A stretch of DNA of 64,000 bases from Pseudomonadota bacterium (GTDB lineage Bacteria; Pseudomonadota; Gammaproteobacteria; Magnimaribacterales; D2472), in the NCBI GenBank assembly GCA_028404565.1, contig JAOOBR010000002.1, positions 25,848 through 89,847 on the forward strand, given 5' to 3'. The position numbers were made by a program, and so were the translations under genes. The notes beneath the pieces are model-generated. The model searched no databases and was not told the DNA's origin. It worked only from the letters and a program-made list of their open reading frames with translations. Within the stretch, counting starts at the first letter, position 1; each line of letters starts with the position of its first letter. Below are positions 18,510 through 28,459 of the stretch, piece by piece.

Positions 18510-20828
18510 ATGAAAAATTATGTAAATCTTTTATTTAAAAAAGTTATTTTAGCTTCTTTTGTGTGTGCTTTTGGATTGAGTTCGATAGCGCAGGAGGTTG
18601 AAGAGGTGGTTGTAACAGCTGAAAAACGTTCTGAAAGCCTTCAGGATATATCACAAGCAGTTACTGCATTAACAGCAACCGATATTGAAGAAAAAAATAT
18701 AACCAGTTTTGTAGACCTAAGCGCTATTGTGCCTGGTGTAACCGTAGCTAAAAACGAAGGTTATAAAACAATAATCTCAATAAGAGGAGTAGGTAACGAG
18801 ACAAACCAGAATGCTATTGCAGCTCCATCAGTTGCATACCACATGGATGGTGTATTTATAGCTTCTCCATTTGCGCTGGGAACAGATTTTTTAGATGTTG
18901 AGAGAATTGAAGTATTGAGAGGGCCACAAGGAACACTTTTTGGTCAGAACTCTACAGGTGGAGCTGTTAATGTTATTAGCAGAGCCCCAACAACAGAGGG
19001 AGCAGAAGGAAAACTAAGCGTAACCTTTGGTGATTACAATCTAAAAAAAGTAAGCACTTCTAATAATTTTGTAATATCTGACAAAATTGCATCAAGATTC
19101 TCAATATCCTCAACAACAAGAGATGGGTTTAGTAAGAATGTTGTTACAGGTCAAGATCTTGATGATGACAATAACAAAAGCTTCAGAACAGATTGGATGT
19201 TTGATTTAAACGATACTTCAAGCCTAAGAGTCTTCGGTCAATATTTCAAAGTCGATAGAAATGGTGCTGCTATGCGTGGAATCGATGATCAAACTTCTGG
19301 AATGAGAAAACTTTCTCAAGACACTGTTTCTCAGCATGAGTTATCATCAATGGTTGTTGCAGCAATCTATGAATCTGATCTTGGGTACGCTAACTTAAAA
19401 ATAATAGCGAGTGTTCAGGAAGATGATGTCCTAGTTGTTAGAGACAATGATAGACATAATTACCTTGATCCAGTTTTATCAATTGAAGGACTTCCAGCAG
19501 GATCAACTTATCAAAGAGCTGAATTTACCCCTGAGACTTCCTTAGTTGATACCTCAACATTTGAAATTAATTTAGTTTCAAATGAGCCCGCTCTTAACGG
19601 GAAACTTGATTGGACTGTTGGTGCATTTTACATGGATCATGAGATAGAAAATGTGATTAGAGGTTATAGAGATGATGACTTAGACGGAAGAATTAAGTAT
19701 CTATGCGATGAATCCTTTGCTGATCCAAGTTATTGCTATGACCATGATTATGGAATCCCTGGAAGGTTTGATATATTTGGACCAAATGCAGAAGTTGATT
19801 TCTTTACTGATGCAAACCCAAGCAGAGAGTCTTACTCAGTTTATGCACAAACAACCTATAGTCTAGCGGATGCTTTCAGAATTGTATCTGGACTCCGTTA
19901 TTCAGAAGACACATTCACAACAGATGTAACAAACTTCTTAAATGTTGAATCTTTCCAAGAAGAGGGAACTACTGATGAAATAACATCAAGAGTAGTAGCT
20001 GAGGTTGATTTTTCTGAAGATCTTATGGGTTACTTCGCATTAGCAAGAGGATTTAAGCCTGGCGGAAGTAATTTAACATTTGGATTTGATGATGATAACG
20101 CCCCTCCGATGGTGTTTCCAACCTTCGAAGCTGAAACCGTTGACTCTGTTGAATTTGGTCTTAAATCAACCTTCGCTGATGGTGCTGCAAGAGCAAACAT
20201 AGCTGTTTTCTCTTATACATATGAAAATCTCCAATTCCAAGCTACTGATCCAGATATTTACAGAGGTGGTGTGGCAAATATACCCGAATCTGAAATGTCA
20301 GGTCTTGAGATTGAATTCACAGGATTCCTGACAGATTCACTCAGTCTTGATATGAATCTTGCATTCTTGGACTCAGAAGTAACATCAGATTATGAGGTTT
20401 TAGATAATGTTGATGCCTATCCTTATTTCTTTGGTGAAGAAGATATTAGATATGGTCTTAGAGAAAACGTAAAAGGCAACCAGCTTGCAAAAACACCAGA
20501 ATTTACAGCTGATATAACACTTAAACATGAAACTAATCTGGCTTCGGGCAACTCTTTAACTACTTTAGTTCAGTATGTAAAAAGGGGCGATTTCCAGCAA
20601 AGAGTTTCAAACAATCCTACTGTAGATTATGTTAGAAGTTATCAGATTGGAAATATTACAACCAGTATTGGTTTTAGTGATAACTTAGAAGTTGATTTTA
20701 TGCTTCTAAATATTTCCGATGAAGCTGGCGTCAACTCAAGCATGACAGATGTTTTTGGTGTTGCTGCTACAGGTCTAGAATTGATACCACCAAGACAATT
20801 TATGACAAGGATAAGATATAGCTTCTAG
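18510..20828 (+). CDS. TonB-dependent outer-membrane receptor
   Basis: 772 aa. Signal peptide, TonB-box/plug region (EEVVVTAEKR...RIEVLRGPQGTLFGQNSTGGAVNV), a long beta-barrel, and a C-terminal aromatic residue (...IRYSF). Confidence 0.92.
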   Translation: MKNYVNLLFKKVILASFVCAFGLSSIAQEVEEVVVTAEKRSESLQDISQAVTALTATDIEEKNITSFVDLSAIVPGVTVAKNEGYKTIISIRGVGNETNQNAIAAPSVAYHMDGVFIASPFALGTDFLDVERIEVLRGPQGTLFGQNSTGGAVNVISRAPTTEGAEGKLSVTFGDYNLKKVSTSNNFVISDKIASRFSISSTTRDGFSKNVVTGQDLDDDNNKSFRTDWMFDLNDTSSLRVFGQYFKVDRNGAAMRGIDDQTSGMRKLSQDTVSQHELSSMVVAAIYESDLGYANLKIIASVQEDDVLVVRDNDRHNYLDPVLSIEGLPAGSTYQRAEFTPETSLVDTSTFEINLVSNEPALNGKLDWTVGAFYMDHEIENVIRGYRDDDLDGRIKYLCDESFADPSYCYDHDYGIPGRFDIFGPNAEVDFFTDANPSRESYSVYAQTTYSLADAFRIVSGLRYSEDTFTTDVTNFLNVESFQEEGTTDEITSRVVAEVDFSEDLMGYFALARGFKPGGSNLTFGFDDDNAPPMVFPTFEAETVDSVEFGLKSTFADGAARANIAVFSYTYENLQFQATDPDIYRGGVANIPESEMSGLEIEFTGFLTDSLSLDMNLAFLDSEVTSDYEVLDNVDAYPYFFGEEDIRYGLRENVKGNQLAKTPEFTADITLKHETNLASGNSLTTLVQYVKRGDFQQRVSNNPTVDYVRSYQIGNITTSIGFSDNLEVDFMLLNISDEAGVNSSMTDVFGVAATGLELIPPRQFMTRIRYSF

Positions 20829-20887
20829 TAAAGCATTTAGCAACTGCTAGTTTATATATCAGGTCTGTTTGGAGTAATATACGCTTT

Positions 20888-21457
20888 ATGAAAAAGCATT
20901 TTATCCAGGCAGACCAGCTTCTAAAGGATTCTTTTAACTTAGCTTGGAAAATCTTTGAGAGTGGTTTTAAACCAGATTATATTATCGGTGTTTGGAGAGG
21001 CGGAGCTCCAGTTGGTATAGCAGTTCAGGAGTTCCTAGATTTTCTTGATGTTCCCTCAGATCATATAGCTATTAGAACCTCATATTATTCAGGGATTGAC
21101 TCTAGGAAAGATGAAGTTCAAGTTTATGGACTTAATTATGTTATTAGAAAAATTAAGTCGGATGACTCTCTATTAATTGTTGACGATGTTTATGACACAG
21201 GTATGTCAGTTAATAAGGTTGTAACGGATTTAGAATCTGCATGTAAAAAGAATACACCTGAAATACGAATAGCAACCCCATACTTCAAACCTAGTAAAAA
21301 TAAGACAGATAGAATACCTGATTACTATATACATGAAACAGATGAGTGGCTTGTTTTTCCTCATGAACTTCAGGGCTTATCCATGGACGAAATAAAAGGA
21401 AATAAACCCGAGCTAGACTCACTTATCAAAAATATTGAGGCATTGAAGTCTAAATGA
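20888..21457 (+). CDS. Purine phosphoribosyltransferase-family protein (Gpt/Hpt-like)
   Basis: 189 aa. PRPP-binding motif LLIVDDVYDTGMS and Gpt-like overall layout (RGG...VG, ...EWLVFPHE). Confidence 0.7.
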   Translation: MKKHFIQADQLLKDSFNLAWKIFESGFKPDYIIGVWRGGAPVGIAVQEFLDFLDVPSDHIAIRTSYYSGIDSRKDEVQVYGLNYVIRKIKSDDSLLIVDDVYDTGMSVNKVVTDLESACKKNTPEIRIATPYFKPSKNKTDRIPDYYIHETDEWLVFPHELQGLSMDEIKGNKPELDSLIKNIEALKSK

Positions 21458-22302
21458 CTAACTTAACGGTTGCAGAAGTTTATGCAATAGGATTACCTAT
21501 CATCTATGGAATGATTGCCCTTGAGGCCATTTTTTCATCTCTTACCAACAAATCTTTTTATAGATTAGATGATACCTTGTGCACTGCAGGATTGCTTATC
21601 GGAAATATTCTAATTGGATCTGCTGCAAAGGGGCTATCTTTTGCAGTTCATATCTTTCTTTATCAGTTCAGAGTAATCGATTTAGCAAGCATCATACCCC
21701 TTTGGCTTATGTGGGTATTAGCTTTTGTCTTAATAGATTTAGTTTTTTATATTTACCATAGGCTTTCACACAGGGTAAGATTTCTTTGGGCTATTCATAT
21801 GAGTCATCACTCAAGCGAGGAAATGAACTTTGCAGTATCCCTTCGACAAGCATGGTTTGCACCATTGTCAAAACTTCCCTTTTTTGCAGTGTTACCTTTG
21901 GTAGGAATGGATCCTACCATTGTTGTTATTGCTGGAGTTATAAGCACGCTTTGGGGAGTAGTTGGGCATACACAAATTGTTGATAAGTTGGGACCACTAG
22001 AAATTATTTTTAATACTCCTTCTCACCACAGAGTCCATCATGGGGCCAATAAAGAGTACATCGATAAGAATTATGGCAACCTTTTTATTATTTGGGACAA
22101 GATGTTCGGAACATTTGAGCCCGAGAAAGCACCAGTAAAATATGGGTTAGTTAACAATGTTAATACATTTAATCCTGTAAGGATTACCTTTATGGGATGG
22201 AGCGCAATACTTAAAGATATAAGAAAAGCGAAAACAGTTAAAGAAGCTTTGTCGCTGACATTTGGGCCGCCAAATACTAAATTAAGAGGCGGCTCATTTT
22301 AA
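21454..22302 (+). CDS. Sterol desaturase / fatty acid hydroxylase superfamily membrane protein
   Basis: 282 aa. Histidine boxes HRLSH, HMSHH and HHRVHH. Confidence 0.75.
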   Translation: MTNLTVAEVYAIGLPIIYGMIALEAIFSSLTNKSFYRLDDTLCTAGLLIGNILIGSAAKGLSFAVHIFLYQFRVIDLASIIPLWLMWVLAFVLIDLVFYIYHRLSHRVRFLWAIHMSHHSSEEMNFAVSLRQAWFAPLSKLPFFAVLPLVGMDPTIVVIAGVISTLWGVVGHTQIVDKLGPLEIIFNTPSHHRVHHGANKEYIDKNYGNLFIIWDKMFGTFEPEKAPVKYGLVNNVNTFNPVRITFMGWSAILKDIRKAKTVKEALSLTFGPPNTKLRGGSF

Positions 22303-24735
22303 TCAATCAAGGGCGTCGTTTATCTTCCAATTTAAATAATCAAAGTGTCCCTTCACCATGTCATTGCCATATGCAGAATTTGTAAAGTTCTTGATCTTAT
22401 TCAGTGAGCTAAAGATAGCTGCTCTAGATATTTCATCGTAACTTCCATCATCCATTGCTGCGATTAAGCCATCAACATAAGCAGATTGGAGATTCATCTT
22501 GAATGTACCAGGAATTTCTCTTGGTACAAAGATACCATTAAAAATATCTTCTAGAACTTCATTTGGTAAATATTCATTACCATATTGAGAGCTATCCGTA
22601 AGTCTTTTCATTACTCTTGGATGAAGAATAAAACTAAGAGAACTCATCTGCATTCTCAGAACAAGATCATGGATCTTTGGATCATTGTCGGAGTTTCCAT
22701 AACTTGCAGCTCTTTTTTCTGATTGAAGAAGTTTCAATATTTCTGGATCAAATGTAAAAGCATCATTTGCAAATAGTTCGGTATTAAGAACTTTCATTGC
22801 TCTTTTTTGCTCGCTATATGGAACTACTTCAAAAGGGGTCATGTTTTCATCTTGCCCTACAACAAGCCTATTGGAATAAACTCCTCCAATTTGAATTGCA
22901 ACTGATTCAAGAAATCTTCCTTTATCCCTGACTAGGCTATCAAATGTACCTTTCAGTTCAGAGTAAGTTGAACCAGGCTCATCAAAAATTTCTGGCAATT
23001 CAGCAATTTTCTTATCAATTGTTTGGATCCTTTGAATTGTATAAGTTATTGGATCTTTTGACATGTCATACCGTTTATTTCTTGGATCTGTATTTCTTCC
23101 TGGTGAACCCATTGCATCATCATCAGTACCAAAAATAAGTTCAGGTTTTGTTGACTGAGCTAACAAATTATTTCTTTCTTCCTCAGTCATGTCTGGAGTA
23201 TAACCAAAGGTAATAGCCCAGATATCATAAAAACCAGGTACTGTTGGGAAGTAATTTCCTTGCTCAATACCTTCAGGAGCTATATTAATTGGATCATAAT
23301 CCATAACAGAGCCAATATGATTTTTACCAGTCACATTTTTGTCATGAATTTCAGTAGGCCCATATAACCAACTTGCCTTAAAATTATGACGTAGACCAAG
23401 AGTATGACCAATTTCATGAAGCGTTAAAGATACAATCCACTGTCTTAAAGGATCATTTTCTTCATCGTAGCCCCAAATCTTTCTGAGCCTGTAGCCATAA
23501 CTAATGGAATTAAATTCTTGGACTATATCAGCAGCTATCATTTCTCCAGTTCTAGGGTTAGCAACACTTGGGCCATATCCAGAGTATCTTGGAGAGGGAG
23601 TTGAAGCCCAACGAATTACATTGTACTGAACATCACCTGCATCCCACTCAGCATCATCTGGCTGTATTTTTGCTACAACAGCATTTTTAAATCCTGCTTT
23701 TTCAAAGGCAATATTCCAAAGTTCAATTGCTTCAACAACAAATGGTTTAATTTCTTCAGGTGTTGAGTTTTCTACCCAGAAAACAATAGGATTTACTGGT
23801 TCAGAAATCTCAGCTGTCGGATCCTTCTTTATCAAACGCCATCTATTAATTAAATCCTTGCCTTTAAAATAATCATAAGTGCTTAAATCAGTTATCTTTG
23901 TTGAGAAATATCCTACTCGTTGATCAGCAACTCTTGGCTCATAATTATCATCTGGCATTTCGACAAACATATGCCTAGCTACGATGCTTGAATACCTTGC
24001 ATCTGGCACTGCATCCACTGAACCCTTTGGGCTAGGATTAAAAAATCCATAAGTCACCTCTATTGAAGTATTTTTTGGATAGTTCTTTACCCTGCTGATA
24101 TAAGTCTTTTTATCATCAATTCTTCCAAGAATGAGACTGTAATACTCTGCATATTCTTTTGGTGGAGTAAGCCCAACAAGCATTTCACCTAGAAATAACT
24201 TATCGATATTTATTAGGTATCTTCCTTCCTCTTCTATCTTTACTTCAAACCTGCCGACGAATGACTCCAGTATGTTTGTTAAAGTAGATTTTGAAATATT
24301 GTTAGAGTCATCATAGTTAAAGACTGTATTTTTCTTATAGAGGGCTATGTCATCCTTAAATTTTCTAAATTCTAATACAGAACTGTCCCCCATATCTCCA
24401 CCACTTGCTCCACCTGCTTGAGCACCACTTATAATGTAGTAAAAATAAATAAACTCCTTTGAGAGATTTCCTTCTTCAATAATTGTGTAGTAAGTATCTT
24501 CTTCTGTTTCATAATAAATATCGAGCATTCCCTCAATAATTTCAAAGTCTCCTTCCTCAATGAATTCACTAATAGTTGGCTCTTTATCTTCTTCATCTTC
24601 CTCACCAGAAGACTCTTCAGTAACTTCTTCTGCAACTTCTTCTGATTCTTTAGGAACTTCTTTAACTTCTTCGTTCGCAAAGGAAACAAAGGAAAAAGCT
24701 AATAATAAACTTAATAAATAACTGATATTTTTCAT
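22303..24735 (-). CDS. Secreted zinc metalloprotease (DUF4953/DUF5117-type) with an acidic N-terminal low-complexity region
   Basis: 810 aa with a signal peptide and an E/D-rich stretch. Zn-binding HEIGHTLGLRHNF. Confidence 0.75.
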   Translation of the reverse strand: MKNISYLLSLLLAFSFVSFANEEVKEVPKESEEVAEEVTEESSGEEDEEDKEPTISEFIEEGDFEIIEGMLDIYYETEEDTYYTIIEEGNLSKEFIYFYYIISGAQAGGASGGDMGDSSVLEFRKFKDDIALYKKNTVFNYDDSNNISKSTLTNILESFVGRFEVKIEEEGRYLINIDKLFLGEMLVGLTPPKEYAEYYSLILGRIDDKKTYISRVKNYPKNTSIEVTYGFFNPSPKGSVDAVPDARYSSIVARHMFVEMPDDNYEPRVADQRVGYFSTKITDLSTYDYFKGKDLINRWRLIKKDPTAEISEPVNPIVFWVENSTPEEIKPFVVEAIELWNIAFEKAGFKNAVVAKIQPDDAEWDAGDVQYNVIRWASTPSPRYSGYGPSVANPRTGEMIAADIVQEFNSISYGYRLRKIWGYDEENDPLRQWIVSLTLHEIGHTLGLRHNFKASWLYGPTEIHDKNVTGKNHIGSVMDYDPINIAPEGIEQGNYFPTVPGFYDIWAITFGYTPDMTEEERNNLLAQSTKPELIFGTDDDAMGSPGRNTDPRNKRYDMSKDPITYTIQRIQTIDKKIAELPEIFDEPGSTYSELKGTFDSLVRDKGRFLESVAIQIGGVYSNRLVVGQDENMTPFEVVPYSEQKRAMKVLNTELFANDAFTFDPEILKLLQSEKRAASYGNSDNDPKIHDLVLRMQMSSLSFILHPRVMKRLTDSSQYGNEYLPNEVLEDIFNGIFVPREIPGTFKMNLQSAYVDGLIAAMDDGSYDEISRAAIFSSLNKIKNFTNSAYGNDMVKGHFDYLNWKINDALD

Positions 24736-24813
24736 TTTCTACCTCGTAAACTAGGTGGTTATTCTAATGGTCAAGCTATCAACATGCAATCTGATAGATG
24801 TTAATATGTTCAT

Positions 24814-26502
24814 ATGGATAAATCATATGATTTTGTAATTATAGGAGCAGGTTCTGCAGGGTGCGTTTTAGCTAATAGACTTAGTGCTCATCCAAATACT
24901 AAAGTTTGCATTATGGAAGCTGGAAAAAAAGATACAGATCCAAGAATACATATACCAATAGGTTTTGCATTCTTTGGTCCAGATAATCCTGTTAGTTGGA
25001 ATTATGAAACGGTTCCTCAAAAAGAATTTGAAGAGGTGACAGTAGCTGAACCAGCAACTGAGGTTGTTGATACAGCTGGAGGTGTTCACTCAATCAAACA
25101 GGAAGTTAAAGAGCATAGGCGTGGCGCTCAACCAAGAGGAAAAACACTTGGCGGCTCAAGTTCAATAAATGCAATGCTATATGTTCGAGGCCACAGATGG
25201 GACTATGATCACTGGGCTAGTCTAGGAAATGAGGGTTGGTCATATGATGAGATCCTAAAATATTTTAAGAAGGCAGAACATAATGAAACGTTTGATGATG
25301 AGTTTCATGGGCAAGGAGGCCCACTTAATGTTTCAAGGATTAGACATGAAAATAAACCAACAAAAGACTTTGTTGAAGCTGGATCAAAACTTTACAAACA
25401 AAATGAAGACTTCAATGGCGGCGAGCAAGAGGGCATAGGCTTCTACCAAACCACACAAAAAGACGGCAAAAGATGTAGTGCTGCAAAAGCATATTTAGTT
25501 CCTGCTTTAGATAGACCAAATTTGACCGTGATTACTGAAGCAAATGTAAACAAAATCCTTATTGATAATAACAAGGCTTCTGGAGTTGAATATATAGATG
25601 CAGAAGGAGAATCTCACACCATATCAGCCTCAAAAGAAGTACTTCTTTGCTCAGGCGCTTTTGGTTCTCCTCAAATATTGCTTAGATCAGGGGTTGGACC
25701 AAGAGAAGAAATTGAAAAACATGGTATAGAACATAAGGTAGACCTTCCTGGAGTAGGAAAAAATCTACAAGACCACATTGACTATCTTACTGTGCACAAA
25801 TATAACTCTATGCAGTTTATTGGAACCTCCATAAAAGCATTCTTAATAAAATATCCAATTGAGGTATTAAAGTACATATTAAAGAAAACTGGGTTATTCA
25901 CCTCAACCATTGCGGAAGCAGGTGGTTTTATTAAATCTAACGAGGCAAAAGAAATTCCTGACATTCAGCTTCATTTTGCACCTGCTATGGTTGTTGATCA
26001 TGGCAGAACACAAGTGTGGGGACATGGATTTAGCTGTCATAGTTGTTTATTGAGACCGAAGTCTAGGGGAAAGGTTACACTAAAGTCTGCAGATCCAATG
26101 GAAGATCCTTTGATAGATCCAAAGTTTTTATCTCATCCTGATGATATGAAAGATATGATCGAAGGATACAAAAAGATGATGGAGATCTTAAACATGGAAC
26201 CAGTAAATAAGTATATAAAACAGCACTGTCAAAGACCGATTGATATAAACGATGATGCTGACATTGAAAAGGCTATCCGTGAAGGAGCAGACACCGTCTA
26301 TCATCCCGTAGGAACATGCAAGATGGGCAATGACGATGAGGCTGTCGTCAATCAAAGATTGAAAGTTCATAAGGTTGAAGGTTTAAGGGTTGTCGATGCA
26401 TCAATTATGCCAACTCTAATCGGAGGCAACACAAATGCACCAACCATAATGATTGGTGAAAAAGCCTCTGATATGATCTTACAAGACTGGGCAAGTGCTT
26501 AA
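24814..26502 (+). CDS. GMC-family FAD oxidoreductase (choline/alcohol dehydrogenase-like)
   Basis: 562 aa. N-terminal GAGSAGCVLANRLS FAD fold, GMC signatures, and C-terminal HPVGTCKMG. Confidence 0.88.
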   Translation: MDKSYDFVIIGAGSAGCVLANRLSAHPNTKVCIMEAGKKDTDPRIHIPIGFAFFGPDNPVSWNYETVPQKEFEEVTVAEPATEVVDTAGGVHSIKQEVKEHRRGAQPRGKTLGGSSSINAMLYVRGHRWDYDHWASLGNEGWSYDEILKYFKKAEHNETFDDEFHGQGGPLNVSRIRHENKPTKDFVEAGSKLYKQNEDFNGGEQEGIGFYQTTQKDGKRCSAAKAYLVPALDRPNLTVITEANVNKILIDNNKASGVEYIDAEGESHTISASKEVLLCSGAFGSPQILLRSGVGPREEIEKHGIEHKVDLPGVGKNLQDHIDYLTVHKYNSMQFIGTSIKAFLIKYPIEVLKYILKKTGLFTSTIAEAGGFIKSNEAKEIPDIQLHFAPAMVVDHGRTQVWGHGFSCHSCLLRPKSRGKVTLKSADPMEDPLIDPKFLSHPDDMKDMIEGYKKMMEILNMEPVNKYIKQHCQRPIDINDDADIEKAIREGADTVYHPVGTCKMGNDDEAVVNQRLKVHKVEGLRVVDASIMPTLIGGNTNAPTIMIGEKASDMILQDWASA

Positions 26503-26948
26503 TGACAGAGAGCGGACGCTGTCAGTGCGGAGAGATTAAGTATTCGTTTGAGAGAGACAAAATTATTTCTGGACATCATTGTCACTGCAAAGATTGCCAG
26601 AGAGCCACAGGGTCTGGAAAAGCTACTATTTTAGTCATTTCAAAGAAAAATCTCTCAATAAGCGGCGAACCAAAATACTTTGAAAGTGTAGGCAATCAAG
26701 GTATGCATATAAATAGAGGATTTTGTGAAAAATGCGGGTCAGGAATTCTAAGCTTTGCTAAAGAGCTTGATAGAGTAATATTTATAAAGGCAGGCACATT
26801 AGATGATTCCAGCTGGGTTACTATAGATTCAAATTACTTTACTGAATCAGCTGATGACTGGAATAAGCCTGATGACCATATTAAGAGCTTTAATCAGAAT
26901 CCAAATCTATTTGAAAATATTAAAACAGTCCTTAAATCGTTTATGTAA
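26502..26948 (+). CDS. GFA (glutathione-dependent formaldehyde-activating / CENP-V) family protein
   Basis: 148 aa. Cys clusters CQCG...CHCKDCQ...CEKCGS. ATGA overlap with the upstream gene. Confidence 0.75.
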   Translation: MTESGRCQCGEIKYSFERDKIISGHHCHCKDCQRATGSGKATILVISKKNLSISGEPKYFESVGNQGMHINRGFCEKCGSGILSFAKELDRVIFIKAGTLDDSSWVTIDSNYFTESADDWNKPDDHIKSFNQNPNLFENIKTVLKSFM

Positions 26949-26951
26949 TTC

Positions 26952-27512
26952 ATGAATGAAGCACTTAAAAACATTTTAGAAAGAAACTCACATCGTAACT
27001 TGGTCGAGCCTATTCCATCAAAAGATGAAATGGAGAAAGTTTTTCAGGCTGCTTTGAGAGCTCCAGATCATGCATGGCTTAGACCTTCAAGCTTCATTCA
27101 GATAAGCGGAGATGGCCTCCAAAGGCTTTCAGATATATTTGTTGATTTTGCTGAAGAAAACTTTGATGATCTAACAGAAGAAAGAATAGAAAAATATAGA
27201 AATGCTCCTTTTAGGGCTCCATTAATTGTGGTGCTCGTGTCCACAAAAAAAGATCATCCAAAAGTACCAGAAATGGAGCAAATAATATCAACAGGAACAG
27301 CAGGACAAAACATTATGCTTGCATTAAGCGCATTAGGATATGGAGCAATTTGGAGAACTGGCAGTTTTGCATTTAATAATAAGATTTCAGAGAAATTTGG
27401 CTTAAATGAAAACCAAACGATTATCGGATATATCTATATAGGTACTCCTGCGGGTAAGAAGAAATCATTACCTGAAATGAATACTGATGACTATATTTCC
27501 ATTTGGGACTGA
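26952..27512 (+). CDS. Nitroreductase-family protein (YdjA-like)
   Basis: 186 aa. ...RAPDHAWLRP... and a nitroreductase-like C-terminal half. Confidence 0.7.
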   Translation: MNEALKNILERNSHRNLVEPIPSKDEMEKVFQAALRAPDHAWLRPSSFIQISGDGLQRLSDIFVDFAEENFDDLTEERIEKYRNAPFRAPLIVVLVSTKKDHPKVPEMEQIISTGTAGQNIMLALSALGYGAIWRTGSFAFNNKISEKFGLNENQTIIGYIYIGTPAGKKKSLPEMNTDDYISIWD

Positions 27513-27520
27513 GTTCTTTA

Positions 27521-28459
27521 ATGAATAAAAAAGTTTTTTTCATACCCCTATCTGCTTCCATCCTTTTTTTTGTTGCCTATCTTTTATTGGCTCAAACAGG
27601 GAGTTTCCTTTCTGTAGAGCCAGGCTATAGCATTAATGATGTTTCACGATGGTGTGAAAGGATCAGCGGTGGCTACTTTCGGGAGCCAAGTAATGCTCTT
27701 TCAAATATAGGATTTATCACTACCGGTTTAATAATGTTCTGGATTCTATCAAGAGAGTCGAGAGGCAAATCAAGATTTCATGGTGCCTCACCAACGGCCA
27801 TAATATTTGCAACCGCCGCGTTATTTTTGGGGCCAGGATCACTGCTTATGCATGGAACTCATACTGCATGGGGGCAGTGGGCTGATTGGTTAAGCATGAT
27901 CATGTTTATTTCAATTCCCTGGCTTGTAAACATTTTTGTAATTAAGGATTATTCAGAAAATATTTTTGCAAAAACTTATGTCTCTTACATCACAATTTAT
28001 GCATTGATAAGTTGGAATTTTGGAAATGACCTTGGCATTGGTTTAAATTTATGGTTTTTATCTATAGCTTTATGGGTAATTACGGAAGCATTGCAGCACT
28101 TTTATTCACCGCTACTTAGATTGCTATCAGGTTTTATAGGCTTTCTTGTTGCAGCAGTCTTTGGAGTCTTCCCCAATGAGATTTTTGCAAATCTTAGCGA
28201 GTACTGGTGGACAATCTTATTTTGGATACCAGCAATATTTATTAACAAGAAATCACTCATGAGAAAGACTAGATTTAGATGGTTTTGGTTCGGAATGTTT
28301 ACGTATCTGACAGCCTTTGTAATTTGGCTTCAGGGCTATCCTGAAACAGACTTCTGTAATCCAGACTCCATAGTTCAGGCACATGCTTTGTGGCATATTC
28401 TTTCCTCAATAGCTACATTATTTTTCTTCTTTTATTTTAGGAGCCTAAGACTTACATGA
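27521..28459 (+). CDS. Ceramidase-domain integral membrane protein (putative)
   Basis: Start is ambiguous (27503 or 27521). WCERISGGYFREPSNALSNIGF resembles the alkaline ceramidase N-terminal motif. Seven TM segments with conserved His residues (LMHGTH, HALWH). Confidence 0.55.
   Translation: MNKKVFFIPLSASILFFVAYLLLAQTGSFLSVEPGYSINDVSRWCERISGGYFREPSNALSNIGFITTGLIMFWILSRESRGKSRFHGASPTAIIFATAALFLGPGSLLMHGTHTAWGQWADWLSMIMFISIPWLVNIFVIKDYSENIFAKTYVSYITIYALISWNFGNDLGIGLNLWFLSIALWVITEALQHFYSPLLRLLSGFIGFLVAAVFGVFPNEIFANLSEYWWTILFWIPAIFINKKSLMRKTRFRWFWFGMFTYLTAFVIWLQGYPETDFCNPDSIVQAHALWHILSSIATLFFFFYFRSLRLT

Noticed and set aside
24776-24797. An inverted repeat CTATCA-N10-TGATAG in the divergent spacer ahead of the GMC oxidoreductase, as a possible BetI/TetR-type operator.
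   Set aside because: It has only 6-bp arms in AT-rich sequence, and no regulator gene is nearby. The evidence is insufficient to call it.
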